Shown here one piece after another: positions 39,937 through 48,746 of a stretch of 64,000 nt of DNA; position 1 is the stretch's first letter, and each line of letters begins with the position of its first letter. Source of the stretch: Pirellulales bacterium (lineage in GTDB: Bacteria; Planctomycetota; Planctomycetia; Pirellulales; UBA1268). The stretch covers positions 12,741 to 76,740 of the forward strand of contig JADHNY010000003.1 of NCBI GenBank assembly GCA_016779265.1, read 5' to 3'. The notes below the pieces were generated by a model. It searched no databases. It worked only from the letters and a program-made list of their open reading frames with translations, and was not told the origin of the DNA. Both the position numbers and the translations under genes were made by a program.

Positions 39937-41193
39937 ATGAGACGCCTGTGCATGAGCATGCAGACTTCACACCGTCCTGGCTGGCACCGTAGCGTGTGGC
40001 ATCCTGGACTGCCTGCCATGATCGTGGCCCTGGTGGCGGTGCTCTATTCTGGATACAACGCCCCAGTTCACGCCGCTGAGGAGAAGCCCGCCATGCACAC
40101 CCCAACCGTAAAGCCCTTTGGAAAACTTGCCGATGGGCGTGAGGCCCACCTCTACGTGTTGGAAACGCCCGGTGGCTGGCGAGCCACGGTCACGGACTAT
40201 GGCGCGATCCTGACGAGCATGACAGTGCCGCTGGGTAAGGATGGGCCTGTGGATGTGGTGCTCGGGTTTGACTCGCTCGAGGGCTACCTCGCCGGCCATC
40301 CCTATTTTGGTGCAAGCTGTGGCCGCTGTTCCAACCGCATTGCCAATGGTCGCTTCAGTCTGGCAGGCAAGGAGTATCAGCTGGCCACCAACAACGGCGA
40401 TCACCACCTTCATGGTGGTGATGAAGGCTTTGATAAAAAGCTCTGGAAAGCGGAGCCGAAGATGACGGATCGGGGACCAGCGGTCACCTTTCATCTCGTC
40501 TCACCGGATGGCGAAGAGGGATACCCTGGCGAACTGACGATCAAGGTCACCTACATCCTCACCCCTGCCGGCGAGCTCGTGATCGACATGCAGGCTCAGA
40601 GCGATGCTGCCACGGTCTGCAACATGGTGCATCACTCCTACTGGAACATGGCCGGGCAGGCCTCGGGCACCATTCGTGGGCATGAACTGACTGTGAATGC
40701 TGATCGCTACCTGCCGGTTGATGCTGGTTCGATCCCAACCGGGGAACTCGCTGCCGTCGCCGAAACAGCGTTTGATTTCCGTCCGGAGCGAGCCGCTACG
40801 GCCCGGCTCGGGGATGCGATCGACGCCCTCCCAGGCTCAGCCGATGGCACCAACCCAGGTGGCGTTGATCACAACCTCTGCCTGCGTGGCTGGGAGCCGG
40901 GTGATGCCCTGCGGCCGGTTGCCGTGCTACGTGATCCAGCCAGTGGTCGAACGCTCTCGATCGAGAGCAATCAGCCAGGCGTGCAGGTGTATACGGGCAA
41001 CTATCTCGACGGCAGCCTGACAGGCAAGGAGGGGGCTGTCTACGAGAAGCACTCGGGTGTCTGTCTGGAAACTCAGAGTTTTCCTGATGCCATTCACCAT
41101 GTCGGCGAGGCCGGCTGGCCGGCAGTGATTCTTGAGCCAGGCCAGACCTACCATCACCGAATGGTGCATCGCTTTAGCCAGTTGGCAGACTGA
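39937..41193 (+). CDS. galM: Aldose 1-epimerase (galactose mutarotase), secreted/periplasmic
   Basis: GFDSLEGYL, PYFGASCGRCSNRIANGRFSLAGKEYQLATNNGDHHLHGG, GFDKKLW, ETQSFPDA. Has an N-terminal signal-like segment. Confidence 0.85.
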   Translation: MRRLCMSMQTSHRPGWHRSVWHPGLPAMIVALVAVLYSGYNAPVHAAEEKPAMHTPTVKPFGKLADGREAHLYVLETPGGWRATVTDYGAILTSMTVPLGKDGPVDVVLGFDSLEGYLAGHPYFGASCGRCSNRIANGRFSLAGKEYQLATNNGDHHLHGGDEGFDKKLWKAEPKMTDRGPAVTFHLVSPDGEEGYPGELTIKVTYILTPAGELVIDMQAQSDAATVCNMVHHSYWNMAGQASGTIRGHELTVNADRYLPVDAGSIPTGELAAVAETAFDFRPERAATARLGDAIDALPGSADGTNPGGVDHNLCLRGWEPGDALRPVAVLRDPASGRTLSIESNQPGVQVYTGNYLDGSLTGKEGAVYEKHSGVCLETQSFPDAIHHVGEAGWPAVILEPGQTYHHRMVHRFSQLAD

Positions 41194-41223
41194 AGCGTTG
41201 CGAAAACGAGTGATAAAACAACG

Positions 41224-41261
41224 CGGGCCGCAGTTCCTCATCTCGAGCGAACTGCGGCCCG
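41224..41261. terminator. Bidirectional rho-independent-type terminator between galM and the S8 protease gene
   Basis: Perfect 12-bp stem CGGGCCGCAGTT (41224-41235) / AACTGCGGCCCG (41250-41261). On the minus strand it is followed by GTTGTTTTAT. Confidence 0.7.
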
Positions 41262-41282
41262 TCGTCATTCTGTGCGAAAACC

Positions 41283-44200
41283 TTACCGAACCCGGTTGAG
41301 TGTCCAACGGCTGTTGGCGGTGCCACTCGATGCCATCGAGGCGAAGGCCGCTGAACGCATCAGTTCCACAACCTGCGACGGCGGAGCATCGTCCCGGAAG
41401 CCGAGCATTGTCATGGTGGAGGTCTGGGTCGGCTCGTTCGCGACATCGACCGTCATGAGATAGTCGCCGCTGGTGCGGCCTGAACGCCCTGAACCATCGA
41501 CGCTGGGGTTGTAACGCCCGTTGCCGTATGACGAGACGCCGATGAAGTAGGTGCCAGTGGCCTGAATCGTGAAGGTGATCCGGCTGTCGTATGAACCGCC
41601 AAAGTCGTCGTTGCGGGCAATCTGACGACCAGACGAATCGAACAGCCGCAGGTAGCTGTCGAGCGTTGATGGCGTGCTCAGCGTACGAGCATCGATATCG
41701 ATCCGCAGATCGGAGCCTGCCCAGAGGTTGATTGAGTACAGGTCAACATCGGCTCCATAGTATTCGCCGTTGCCGATCGTCCCGGTTACGCGGGCACGAC
41801 CATCGATGACGGCCAGCGGAAAGGCGGTTGCTATGGAGTCGTTCGGCTCGACGGAGGCAACCGGCGGAGTTGGCGTTGTGGGATCGGAGCCAGGGTCGGT
41901 CGGACCATCGTGAGACATGGTGACCACATAGTCACCAACCGTGCGGCCCCGTCGTCCGCTGCCAGCCACCGAAGCGTCGTAGCGGGTGTTGCCATACGAC
42001 GACAGCCCGACGTAGTAGGTGCCCGTCTCGCTGACCGTGTACTGCAGGAAGCTATCGAGCTGCCCGAAGGCGTCGTCGTTTGAGGCGAGTTCGGTGCCGT
42101 TTGCGTCGAAGAGCCGCAGGTAGCTGTCGAGGGCAGAGAAGTCCGCGAGCGTGCGAGCATCGACGTCGATATCGATCGTCGTCCCACCGGCGAGGTCGAC
42201 CGCAAACAGGTCCACATCAGACCGGCCAAAGGCTCCATCGCCGATCATGCCAGCCAACACCGCCTGCCGACCGTCAAACGTCACGGCAGTTGCCGTTGCA
42301 ATCGAGTCGTTCGGCTCCATCGGCCCTGGAGCCGGTGGATCTGGGTCTGGATCCGGATCTGGGTCTGTTGCACTCTCGACGTACTGCACGAACAGTTCAT
42401 ATTCACCAGTTGATCGGCCACTCCGCCCACTGCCGGCCTCCAGTGGGTTGTAACGAGAGTTACCGTAGGCGGTCACGCCCACGTAGTAGGTGCCGGCCGC
42501 GTTGACGGTGTAGTTCAGGGAACTGTCGAGAGATCCTGACGAGTCGTCGTTGCGAGCAAGCTGACGGCCGTCGGCGTTGAACAGCCGCAGGTAGCTGTCG
42601 AGCGTTGAAGGTGTGGCCAAGGACTGGGCATCAACGTCGATCGTGAAGGTGCCGGCTGCGGTGACCGCAACGGCGTAGAGGTCGACGTCAGCCCGTTCGT
42701 ACCCGCCGTCTCCGACAAAGGCGGAAATGCGGACCTGACCATCGGTCAGCGTCAGCGGGGCCGCTGTTGAGATGGAATCGTTCGGCTCGTAGGCCGCCGG
42801 TGGCGGTGGCTCGAGAACGGTCCAGGCGTCGGAGGCATTGCCGGCAAGTGGCTGACTCTCTGCGTCGATAATGAAACTGCCATCGGCGACAAGGGTGAGC
42901 TCGTACAGGCCTGGGTCAGTCGTCAGCGGCTCGAGGTCGGCGATCGTCCAGGTGATGAGATCATCAGTCACCAAGGCCACGTTGGTGCTGGCATCACCAT
43001 CGATCAGAGGAACTTCATTTCCATTCCGAAGGAGGACAAAGTCGCTCAGGTCGACTCCGGTGACCGCCCGGTTAAACGTGATCGAGATCTGGCTCACCGC
43101 AGTCAGGCGTGGGTCTGGCGAAACATCAATGATGTCAGCCGCCAAGGCTGGTGGCGGTGGCGGTGGGTCGATGGTCCAGGTCTCACTGATGTCTGCCGTG
43201 AGAGAGGCTCCGTCACCACTAGTGATTCCGCTTCCGGCAGCGGTCAGCACGAGGCTGTAATCTCCCACGTCGCCGGTGACCCCAGTCAGGTCAGCGAGCG
43301 ACCAGCGTGTCGAGTCGGTGCTCGTGAGGCCGATGCCGGCAGCAGCGAGATCGATCGCTACCCCATCCCTGGTCAAGCTGAGGTCGTCGAGGTCGAAGCC
43401 GGTCACGGCAGAACTGAAGGCGATGGTGATCGCGTCAACGGGATCAACTCGTGGATCGGGCGAGACATCCACGATGTCGCCGTCGAGCGTTGGTGTTGGG
43501 GTGACCACCTCGACCGTGATCTCGTAGTTGCCCGTTGAGGCCCCCGAGCGGCCGCTGCCAGCGACGAGCGGGTCGTAGCTGCTGTTGCCGTAGGAAGAGA
43601 CACCAAAGTAGTAAGTGCCGGCCGTTGACGTGGTGTAACTCAGAGCACTGTCGAGCGATGCACCGCCGTTGGTATCGTCGTTGTAGGCCAGCTGTCGTCC
43701 TGAGCCGCTGAACAGCCGCAGGTAGCTGTCGAGGGTTGAAGCGGGCGAGAGGCTGCGAGCATCCACGTCGATCGAAATCGTCGCTCCGGCTGCCAGTTCA
43801 ATCTCGAAGAGATCAACATCGCTGAAGGTGTAGTCACCATCGCCGATGATGCCAGAGAAGACGGCACTACCAGCGACAAGGCTCACTGGAGCCGCTGTCG
43901 CGATCGAATCGTTGGGCTCGAAGGGGGCCGGCGGTGGTGGCTCGACCACAGACCAGGTGTCGGAGGCATCCGTACTGAGTGTGAGGCCGTCGGTGTTGGT
44001 GATGTTGCTGCCGTCCGCGGCCAGCGTGAGCCGGTAGCTCCCCAGGCCTGTCGTAACCGAAGTGAGGTCGCCAAGTGTCCACGTCTGCTGGTCAGAAGTG
44101 ACGAGAGTTGCTGAGTCGAGGAGATCGATGGCAGTGCCGTCGCGTGTCAGCGAGAGGTCACTTAGGTCGAAGCCTTGGACGGGAGTGGTGAACTCAATCA

Positions 44201-45674
44201 CGATGGAATCGACGGCATCCTGACGTGGATCAGGAGTGACGTTGATGATGTCGGCTCGCAGCGATGGCCCGGCTGAGACAGCATTCAGTGCGGCGGCGGC
44301 ATTGAGCAGCCCCCCCGTGGCTACTTTGCCATCGAGCGAGGAAATAGGCGCGGCCGTGGACAGGATCGCCTCACGAATCTCTGCGGGCGTCAGGTTGGGG
44401 TTGGCGGCAGCGAGGAGGCCGACCACGCCGGCAACGTGTGGCGTGGCCATGGAGGTGCCGCTGTAGCTGGCGTACGAGTTGCCAGGCACCGTCGAGTAGA
44501 TGCCGACACCAGGAGCGCCGATATCAACGCTCGTGGCTCCGTAGTTTGAGAAGCCGGCGAGGCCGTTGCTGCTGTCAGTGGCGGCCACTGAAATAATCGC
44601 CTCACTGGTCATGCTGGCAGGGTAGCCAGGGAACACATCGTTGTTGTTGCCTTCGTTGCCGGCAGCAGCAATGAACAGGATGCCCGCGTCCCCTCCCGCT
44701 TCGATCGCGTCGCTCAAGGCTGTGGAGAATCCACCTCCCCCCCAGCTGTTGTTGGTGGCCACGATGTTGATCCCGTGGTCACGCCGCATCATCGTCGCGT
44801 AGTTCACTGCCCGAACGGCGTCACTGGTGGAGCCACTGCCACCGCCGCTGAGGAACTTCAGGCCCATAATCGAGACCTGCCAGTTCACTCCTGCAACCCC
44901 GACGCCGTCGTCGCCAACGCCACCGATGGTGCCCGAAACGTGCGTTCCATGGCCGTTGTCGTCCATTGGGTCGCCATCGTTGTTGACGAAGTCATACCCA
45001 TAGATGTCATCGACGAAGCCGTTGCCATCATCGTCAATGCCATTGCCTGGGATCTCTCCAGGGTTCTGCCAGGCGTTTGCAGCTAGGTCGGGATGGGTAT
45101 AGTCCACACCGGTGTCGATGACCGCAATCACCACATCACGTGAGCCTGTGGTGATATCCCATGCCTCAAGTGCATCGATGTCGGCATCGTCAACACCCCC
45201 GGTCTGTCCGGTGTTGTGCAGGCCCCAAAGGCGATTGAAGCTGGGGTCGTTCGGTGTCGCCGCAGGATTGATCACAAAGTCAGGCTCGACATAGAGCACG
45301 CCTGCCGTGGTCGAAGCCCAGCCGAGCACGTCTTGGGTTGTGGCCCCAGGGGCCGTGACCGAGTAGAAGCCCTCACCGAGCGAGGTGGAGCCCCATGCGG
45401 CCTCTGCCGCATCAGCAAACAGCGAACTGGCAAACGCACCGTTGGCGAGGTCGGTATCGGTGCGAACGATCCAGGAATCCGCCCGCGTCGTGAACGTTTG
45501 TCCACCCCAGTTGAGCTGGGATGTGAGAAGATCCGCGCCGGTGCTTGCAGAGAGGCAGAGCCGTTGCTCGAGGGATTCATGCCTCAGACGGCGAGTTGCA
45601 AGACGACTCGCAGACTTCATCTTCCGAGAAGCTTTGACAGACCGTCTCCACCAACCGGCGTTGCTCCTGCGCAT
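41283..45674 (-). CDS. Giant secreted S8 (subtilisin-family) serine peptidase with 3 Ig-like modules and 4 PPC (pre-peptidase C-terminal) domains
   Basis: Catalytic triad AVIDTGVD / HGTHVSGTIGG / GTSMATPHVAG. Four copies of EPNDSI(A/S)TA...DVDL(F/Y)...LDSYLRLF...NDD...GTYY.G(V/L)(S/T).YGN..Y...GSGR.G. Three copies of D(I)(I/V).V(S/T)PDPR...GFDL.DLSLTRDG. Confidence 0.9.
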   Translation of the reverse strand: MRRSNAGWWRRSVKASRKMKSASRLATRRLRHESLEQRLCLSASTGADLLTSQLNWGGQTFTTRADSWIVRTDTDLANGAFASSLFADAAEAAWGSTSLGEGFYSVTAPGATTQDVLGWASTTAGVLYVEPDFVINPAATPNDPSFNRLWGLHNTGQTGGVDDADIDALEAWDITTGSRDVVIAVIDTGVDYTHPDLAANAWQNPGEIPGNGIDDDGNGFVDDIYGYDFVNNDGDPMDDNGHGTHVSGTIGGVGDDGVGVAGVNWQVSIMGLKFLSGGGSGSTSDAVRAVNYATMMRRDHGINIVATNNSWGGGGFSTALSDAIEAGGDAGILFIAAAGNEGNNNDVFPGYPASMTSEAIISVAATDSSNGLAGFSNYGATSVDIGAPGVGIYSTVPGNSYASYSGTSMATPHVAGVVGLLAAANPNLTPAEIREAILSTAAPISSLDGKVATGGLLNAAAALNAVSAGPSLRADIINVTPDPRQDAVDSIVIEFTTPVQGFDLSDLSLTRDGTAIDLLDSATLVTSDQQTWTLGDLTSVTTGLGSYRLTLAADGSNITNTDGLTLSTDASDTWSVVEPPPPAPFEPNDSIATAAPVSLVAGSAVFSGIIGDGDYTFSDVDLFEIELAAGATISIDVDARSLSPASTLDSYLRLFSGSGRQLAYNDDTNGGASLDSALSYTTSTAGTYYFGVSSYGNSSYDPLVAGSGRSGASTGNYEITVEVVTPTPTLDGDIVDVSPDPRVDPVDAITIAFSSAVTGFDLDDLSLTRDGVAIDLAAAGIGLTSTDSTRWSLADLTGVTGDVGDYSLVLTAAGSGITSGDGASLTADISETWTIDPPPPPPALAADIIDVSPDPRLTAVSQISITFNRAVTGVDLSDFVLLRNGNEVPLIDGDASTNVALVTDDLITWTIADLEPLTTDPGLYELTLVADGSFIIDAESQPLAGNASDAWTVLEPPPPAAYEPNDSISTAAPLTLTDGQVRISAFVGDGGYERADVDLYAVAVTAAGTFTIDVDAQSLATPSTLDSYLRLFNADGRQLARNDDSSGSLDSSLNYTVNAAGTYYVGVTAYGNSRYNPLEAGSGRSGRSTGEYELFVQYVESATDPDPDPDPDPPAPGPMEPNDSIATATAVTFDGRQAVLAGMIGDGAFGRSDVDLFAVDLAGGTTIDIDVDARTLADFSALDSYLRLFDANGTELASNDDAFGQLDSFLQYTVSETGTYYVGLSSYGNTRYDASVAGSGRRGRTVGDYVVTMSHDGPTDPGSDPTTPTPPVASVEPNDSIATAFPLAVIDGRARVTGTIGNGEYYGADVDLYSINLWAGSDLRIDIDARTLSTPSTLDSYLRLFDSSGRQIARNDDFGGSYDSRITFTIQATGTYFIGVSSYGNGRYNPSVDGSGRSGRTSGDYLMTVDVANEPTQTSTMTMLGFRDDAPPSQVVELMRSAAFASMASSGTANSRWTLNRVR
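41442..44255 (-). repeat. Intragenic tandem domain repeats (order after the catalytic domain: A-PPC-A-A-PPC-PPC-PPC)
   Basis: The exact 19-mer GCCGCAGGTAGCTGTCGAG occurs on the + strand at 41645, 42112, 42585 and 43715 (it encodes LDSYLRL). GAxTCGTTxGGCTC recurs at ~41836, 42303, 42775 and 43904. The (GAY CCN)5 DPDPDPDPDP linker lies at 42336-42365. Confidence 0.9.
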
Positions 45675-46037
45675 ACACCACCTCTGCTGCGTTGCGTCGA
45701 ATCGCTTCCCCGTATGAGACAGCGTGCCTCACGCCCAACGATGCGACGAGAAATCTAACGAGTGGTGTCTACGAGTGATTCCGGCCACTCCCAGACGACC
45801 GACCATTATGGCGAAACGGCTGAGCAAGTCAAAGATCAAGGGTGAAGGTCGCCTCTCTTGTCTCGGCAAAATGCGGTGTTTTTGGCAAGAAAAAGCGGTT
45901 GGGTGGTCGCACTTGGCCCGTGGCGGCGGTTGACGTCTCCCGCGGGGAAGGGGGTAATGTCGATCTGCGGGCGGTGTAGCTAGCCTGAGCGACAGCTGGT
46001 CTTTGCTCCAACTCCTGGTGAACTTTGAGGAACGCTG

Positions 46038-46808
46038 GTGGTTTTTCCCATTGCTGACGACAACTCCGACCGCACGCTCTCGCCGATCGTCACGATCGCG
46101 CTGATCTGTGCAAACGTGTTCGTGTTCGTTGTTCTGCAAGGGATGGGGAGCAACGACGACTTCACAATGGCGTTTGTGCAGGTGCCCGCAGAGATCATCT
46201 CAGGTCGCGACATTGTCACCGAACCTGCGGTCCGCAGCGTCGAGGTGCAGGGTGAAGTCTTTCAGGTGATGGACCCAGGGTTACGCCCGACCCCGATCCC
46301 CGTCTGGCTCACTTTGCTATCGGCGATCTTCATGCACGGCAGTGTGATGCATCTCCTTGGCAACATGTGGTTCCTCTGGATCTTCGGCGACAACGTCGAG
46401 GATGACATGGGCCACGGGCGATACACGGCCTTCTATCTCGCGACGGGTGTTATTGCATCGCTCGTGTTTGTCATCACCAACATGCAGGGGGATGCGGCAC
46501 TCACCCCGAGCCTGGGGGCATCGGGAGCGATTTCTGGGGTGCTGGGTGCCTATCTTGTGCTGCACCCCGCCCGCCGGGTGAGCGTGATCTTTGTGCGGGT
46601 CTTGATCGATGTGCCCGGCTATGTGGCAGTCGGTATCTGGTTCCTGTTTCAGGTGATCAGCGGGCTCTTCGACACGAGTGGCGGAGTTGCCTACTCGGCT
46701 CACGTTGGTGGGTTTGTGGCTGGTATGATCCTGGCAAAGCCGATGAGTTCCAGGCCGGCGCGGGAAGCTGCCGACCCATTGCTCATGGTGCGGCGTCGAC
46801 TTCCCTGA
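46038..46808 (+). CDS. Rhomboid family intramembrane serine protease
   Basis: HGSVMHLLGNMWFLWIFG, catalytic Ser LGASGAISGVLGAY, catalytic His SAHVGGFVAG. GTG start. Confidence 0.85.
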   Translation: MVFPIADDNSDRTLSPIVTIALICANVFVFVVLQGMGSNDDFTMAFVQVPAEIISGRDIVTEPAVRSVEVQGEVFQVMDPGLRPTPIPVWLTLLSAIFMHGSVMHLLGNMWFLWIFGDNVEDDMGHGRYTAFYLATGVIASLVFVITNMQGDAALTPSLGASGAISGVLGAYLVLHPARRVSVIFVRVLIDVPGYVAVGIWFLFQVISGLFDTSGGVAYSAHVGGFVAGMILAKPMSSRPAREAADPLLMVRRRLP

Positions 46809-46910
46809 GTGATGCTGCCCGCAGGCCGACGCAGCCACGATACGTGTCACGGGGCGTGGTGGCATGTTGCAAACACAAAACACCCTGAGCGATGAAGAGG
46901 TCGGACAGGC

Positions 46911-47744
46911 ATGATCAAGCGAATACTTGTGGGCGTTGGGACCAGTCAAACGGCCCAGACCGTCGCAGACTACGCCGTCGAACTGGGACGACAGTTTGAG
47001 GCAGAACTCCTCGGCGTGGCGGTCACCGACCCGCTGCGATTGGAATGGACCGGGCCTAGACCGATCGGGATGGGCGTTGAGGCGGTGACCACGGAGCTGC
47101 GAGAAGATCGGCTGCGGCGAGCAACAGCGGACGTGGCCTCTGCGAAGGCGATTTTTTCAGAACGCTGTCGCGCGGAGAATGTCGCCCACGGCTTTAGCGA
47201 GCAGGTTGGTGATCCATTCGAGATTGTCAGTCAGCTGGTTCGGTATCAGGACATGTGTGTGTTTGGGCTTCGCGGGCTGTTTGAGCATGACATCGTGCCC
47301 GAGCCGCGTGATGCGTTGGAGCGACTCGTGGCCGACGGCGTGCGGCCGATCCTCGCTGTGGGAGAGGAGTATCGTCCGGTACGGAAGGTGCTGGTCGCCT
47401 ACTCGGGCTCGCTCGAGAGCGCAAAGACCTTTAAGCACTTTGTGCTATCGGGGCTCTATGCAGACGCGACTGTTCGCGTGGTCAACTTCGGCAGCAAGCC
47501 TGCAACCGCCCTGGGCCTGCTGGATCATGCGGCTGCGTATTTCCGCAGCCATGGGCGAACGGTCGACACCGATCATGTGGATGGCGATCCGCAGCAGGAG
47601 CTTGTGCGGTATGCCACCGCCTGGGGAGCGGATCTCATTGTGGCGGGGAATAGTGCGAAGAACCTGCTGATGCGTCGGCTTTTTGGAGAGACTGCCCTGA
47701 TGCTTCTCCGTGAGTGCACACTGCCGCTCTATCTCTCACAGTGA
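46911..47744 (+). CDS. Tandem universal stress protein (UspA) domain protein
   Basis: Two Usp-like halves (MIKRILVGVGTS...; VLVAYSGSLES...DLIVAGNSAKNLLMRRLFGET). Confidence 0.7.
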   Translation: MIKRILVGVGTSQTAQTVADYAVELGRQFEAELLGVAVTDPLRLEWTGPRPIGMGVEAVTTELREDRLRRATADVASAKAIFSERCRAENVAHGFSEQVGDPFEIVSQLVRYQDMCVFGLRGLFEHDIVPEPRDALERLVADGVRPILAVGEEYRPVRKVLVAYSGSLESAKTFKHFVLSGLYADATVRVVNFGSKPATALGLLDHAAAYFRSHGRTVDTDHVDGDPQQELVRYATAWGADLIVAGNSAKNLLMRRLFGETALMLLRECTLPLYLSQ

Positions 47745-47852
47745 GCTGGGTTCTCGGAGTAGGTGTTGCCGAGTTGAATGAGTCGTAAGGGTGTGCGCCG
47801 CGACGGGGCATGTCCGCCGGTTGCTTCTGCTGTCAAAGTCGTTGAGGTGTCC

Positions 47853-48686
47853 ATGTCGTATGTACAGCCAGCAGATGGCCATCAGGCCCGTTTTATGCCG
47901 GTCTTGATGGGACCGCCTTCGTCTCGGGGCGTTGCCAGTTATGGCCGAGTCGATGTGGTCGCGGCCCAGTGGCGAGTGCACAGTGGGTTGCTGGCTGGCC
48001 TCCTGCCCGACGGCTTCGTGCCGGTGCTTGACGGACTAGAGCCTTTAGGACTGCTGACAGTGGCCTTTGCCGACAACCAAGGCGTTGAGTTCATGGCGGG
48101 CCGTGGCTATCGGGTGGCCTCAGTCTTGGTGCGGGCCGCCTTTGGGAGCCAGGATGGCCCCAGTGGTGACTTCGTGGTGGCGATGTTTGAGGACGACTGT
48201 CTGCCGATCGTGCTCGGACGAGAACTTCTCGGCCTGCCCAAGTTGTTTGCGGACATTTCGATCGAGGATCGCCCTGACGCCTCGATGATGTGCGGGGCCT
48301 CGCTCTGGGGGCATACCCTGTTTTCTCTGGAAACAGGGCCACTCCAGCCTCGAGAAAACCTGCCGGAGCAGCTGCCGCCTCCCCAGCCGTTGTTGGGGAT
48401 GAGGTCGTTTCCCGACCCGACGAGCGGAGCCTTGCTCGGAGAGCCACTGCTGACCCCCGTGGAGGCCACGCCGCAGGAAATAGCCCTGGGAACCGAAGCC
48501 ACGGTCAGCTGGGGATTTGCCGGAAACGGGGAGATTGCCTGTGTGGCTGGGTTGCTTGACGCGCTCCGAACGCTGGCGGTCGACGAGCCGGTGGTGGTCG
48601 TGCGGTCTGTGATGAGCCGGGTGCTACGAACGGACCTGATTGAGCGTCTCGCTCCGCCTTGTCCACTGCCTTCTGCGAGCCTATGA
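47853..48686 (+). CDS. Acetoacetate decarboxylase (ADC)-family protein
   Basis: ~277 aa beta-cone-type pattern: YGRVDVVAAQWRV, GYRVASVLVRA, FVVAMFEDDCLPIVLGRELLGLPK. Start set at ATG 47853. Confidence 0.5.
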   Translation: MSYVQPADGHQARFMPVLMGPPSSRGVASYGRVDVVAAQWRVHSGLLAGLLPDGFVPVLDGLEPLGLLTVAFADNQGVEFMAGRGYRVASVLVRAAFGSQDGPSGDFVVAMFEDDCLPIVLGRELLGLPKLFADISIEDRPDASMMCGASLWGHTLFSLETGPLQPRENLPEQLPPPQPLLGMRSFPDPTSGALLGEPLLTPVEATPQEIALGTEATVSWGFAGNGEIACVAGLLDALRTLAVDEPVVVVRSVMSRVLRTDLIERLAPPCPLPSASL

Positions 48687-48746
48687 AAGAGAGGAGCGTT
48701 CAGCCTGTCGCGGAACCGGTCCGCGCTGCTGAGCGTTTCAAAGGGC

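Noticed and set aside
41442-44255. Regularly spaced DNA repeats as a CRISPR array or mobile-element remnant
   Set aside because: The repeats are 300-470 bp coding modules (PPC and Ig-like domains) in one continuous 1463-codon frame. They are not short repeat-spacer units.
45724-45933. 69-aa ORF (and its antisense 136-aa ORF) in the S8/rhomboid divergent spacer
   Set aside because: Its composition is basic and low in complexity. There is no start context and no recognisable family. The region is more plausibly promoter DNA for the two divergent genes.
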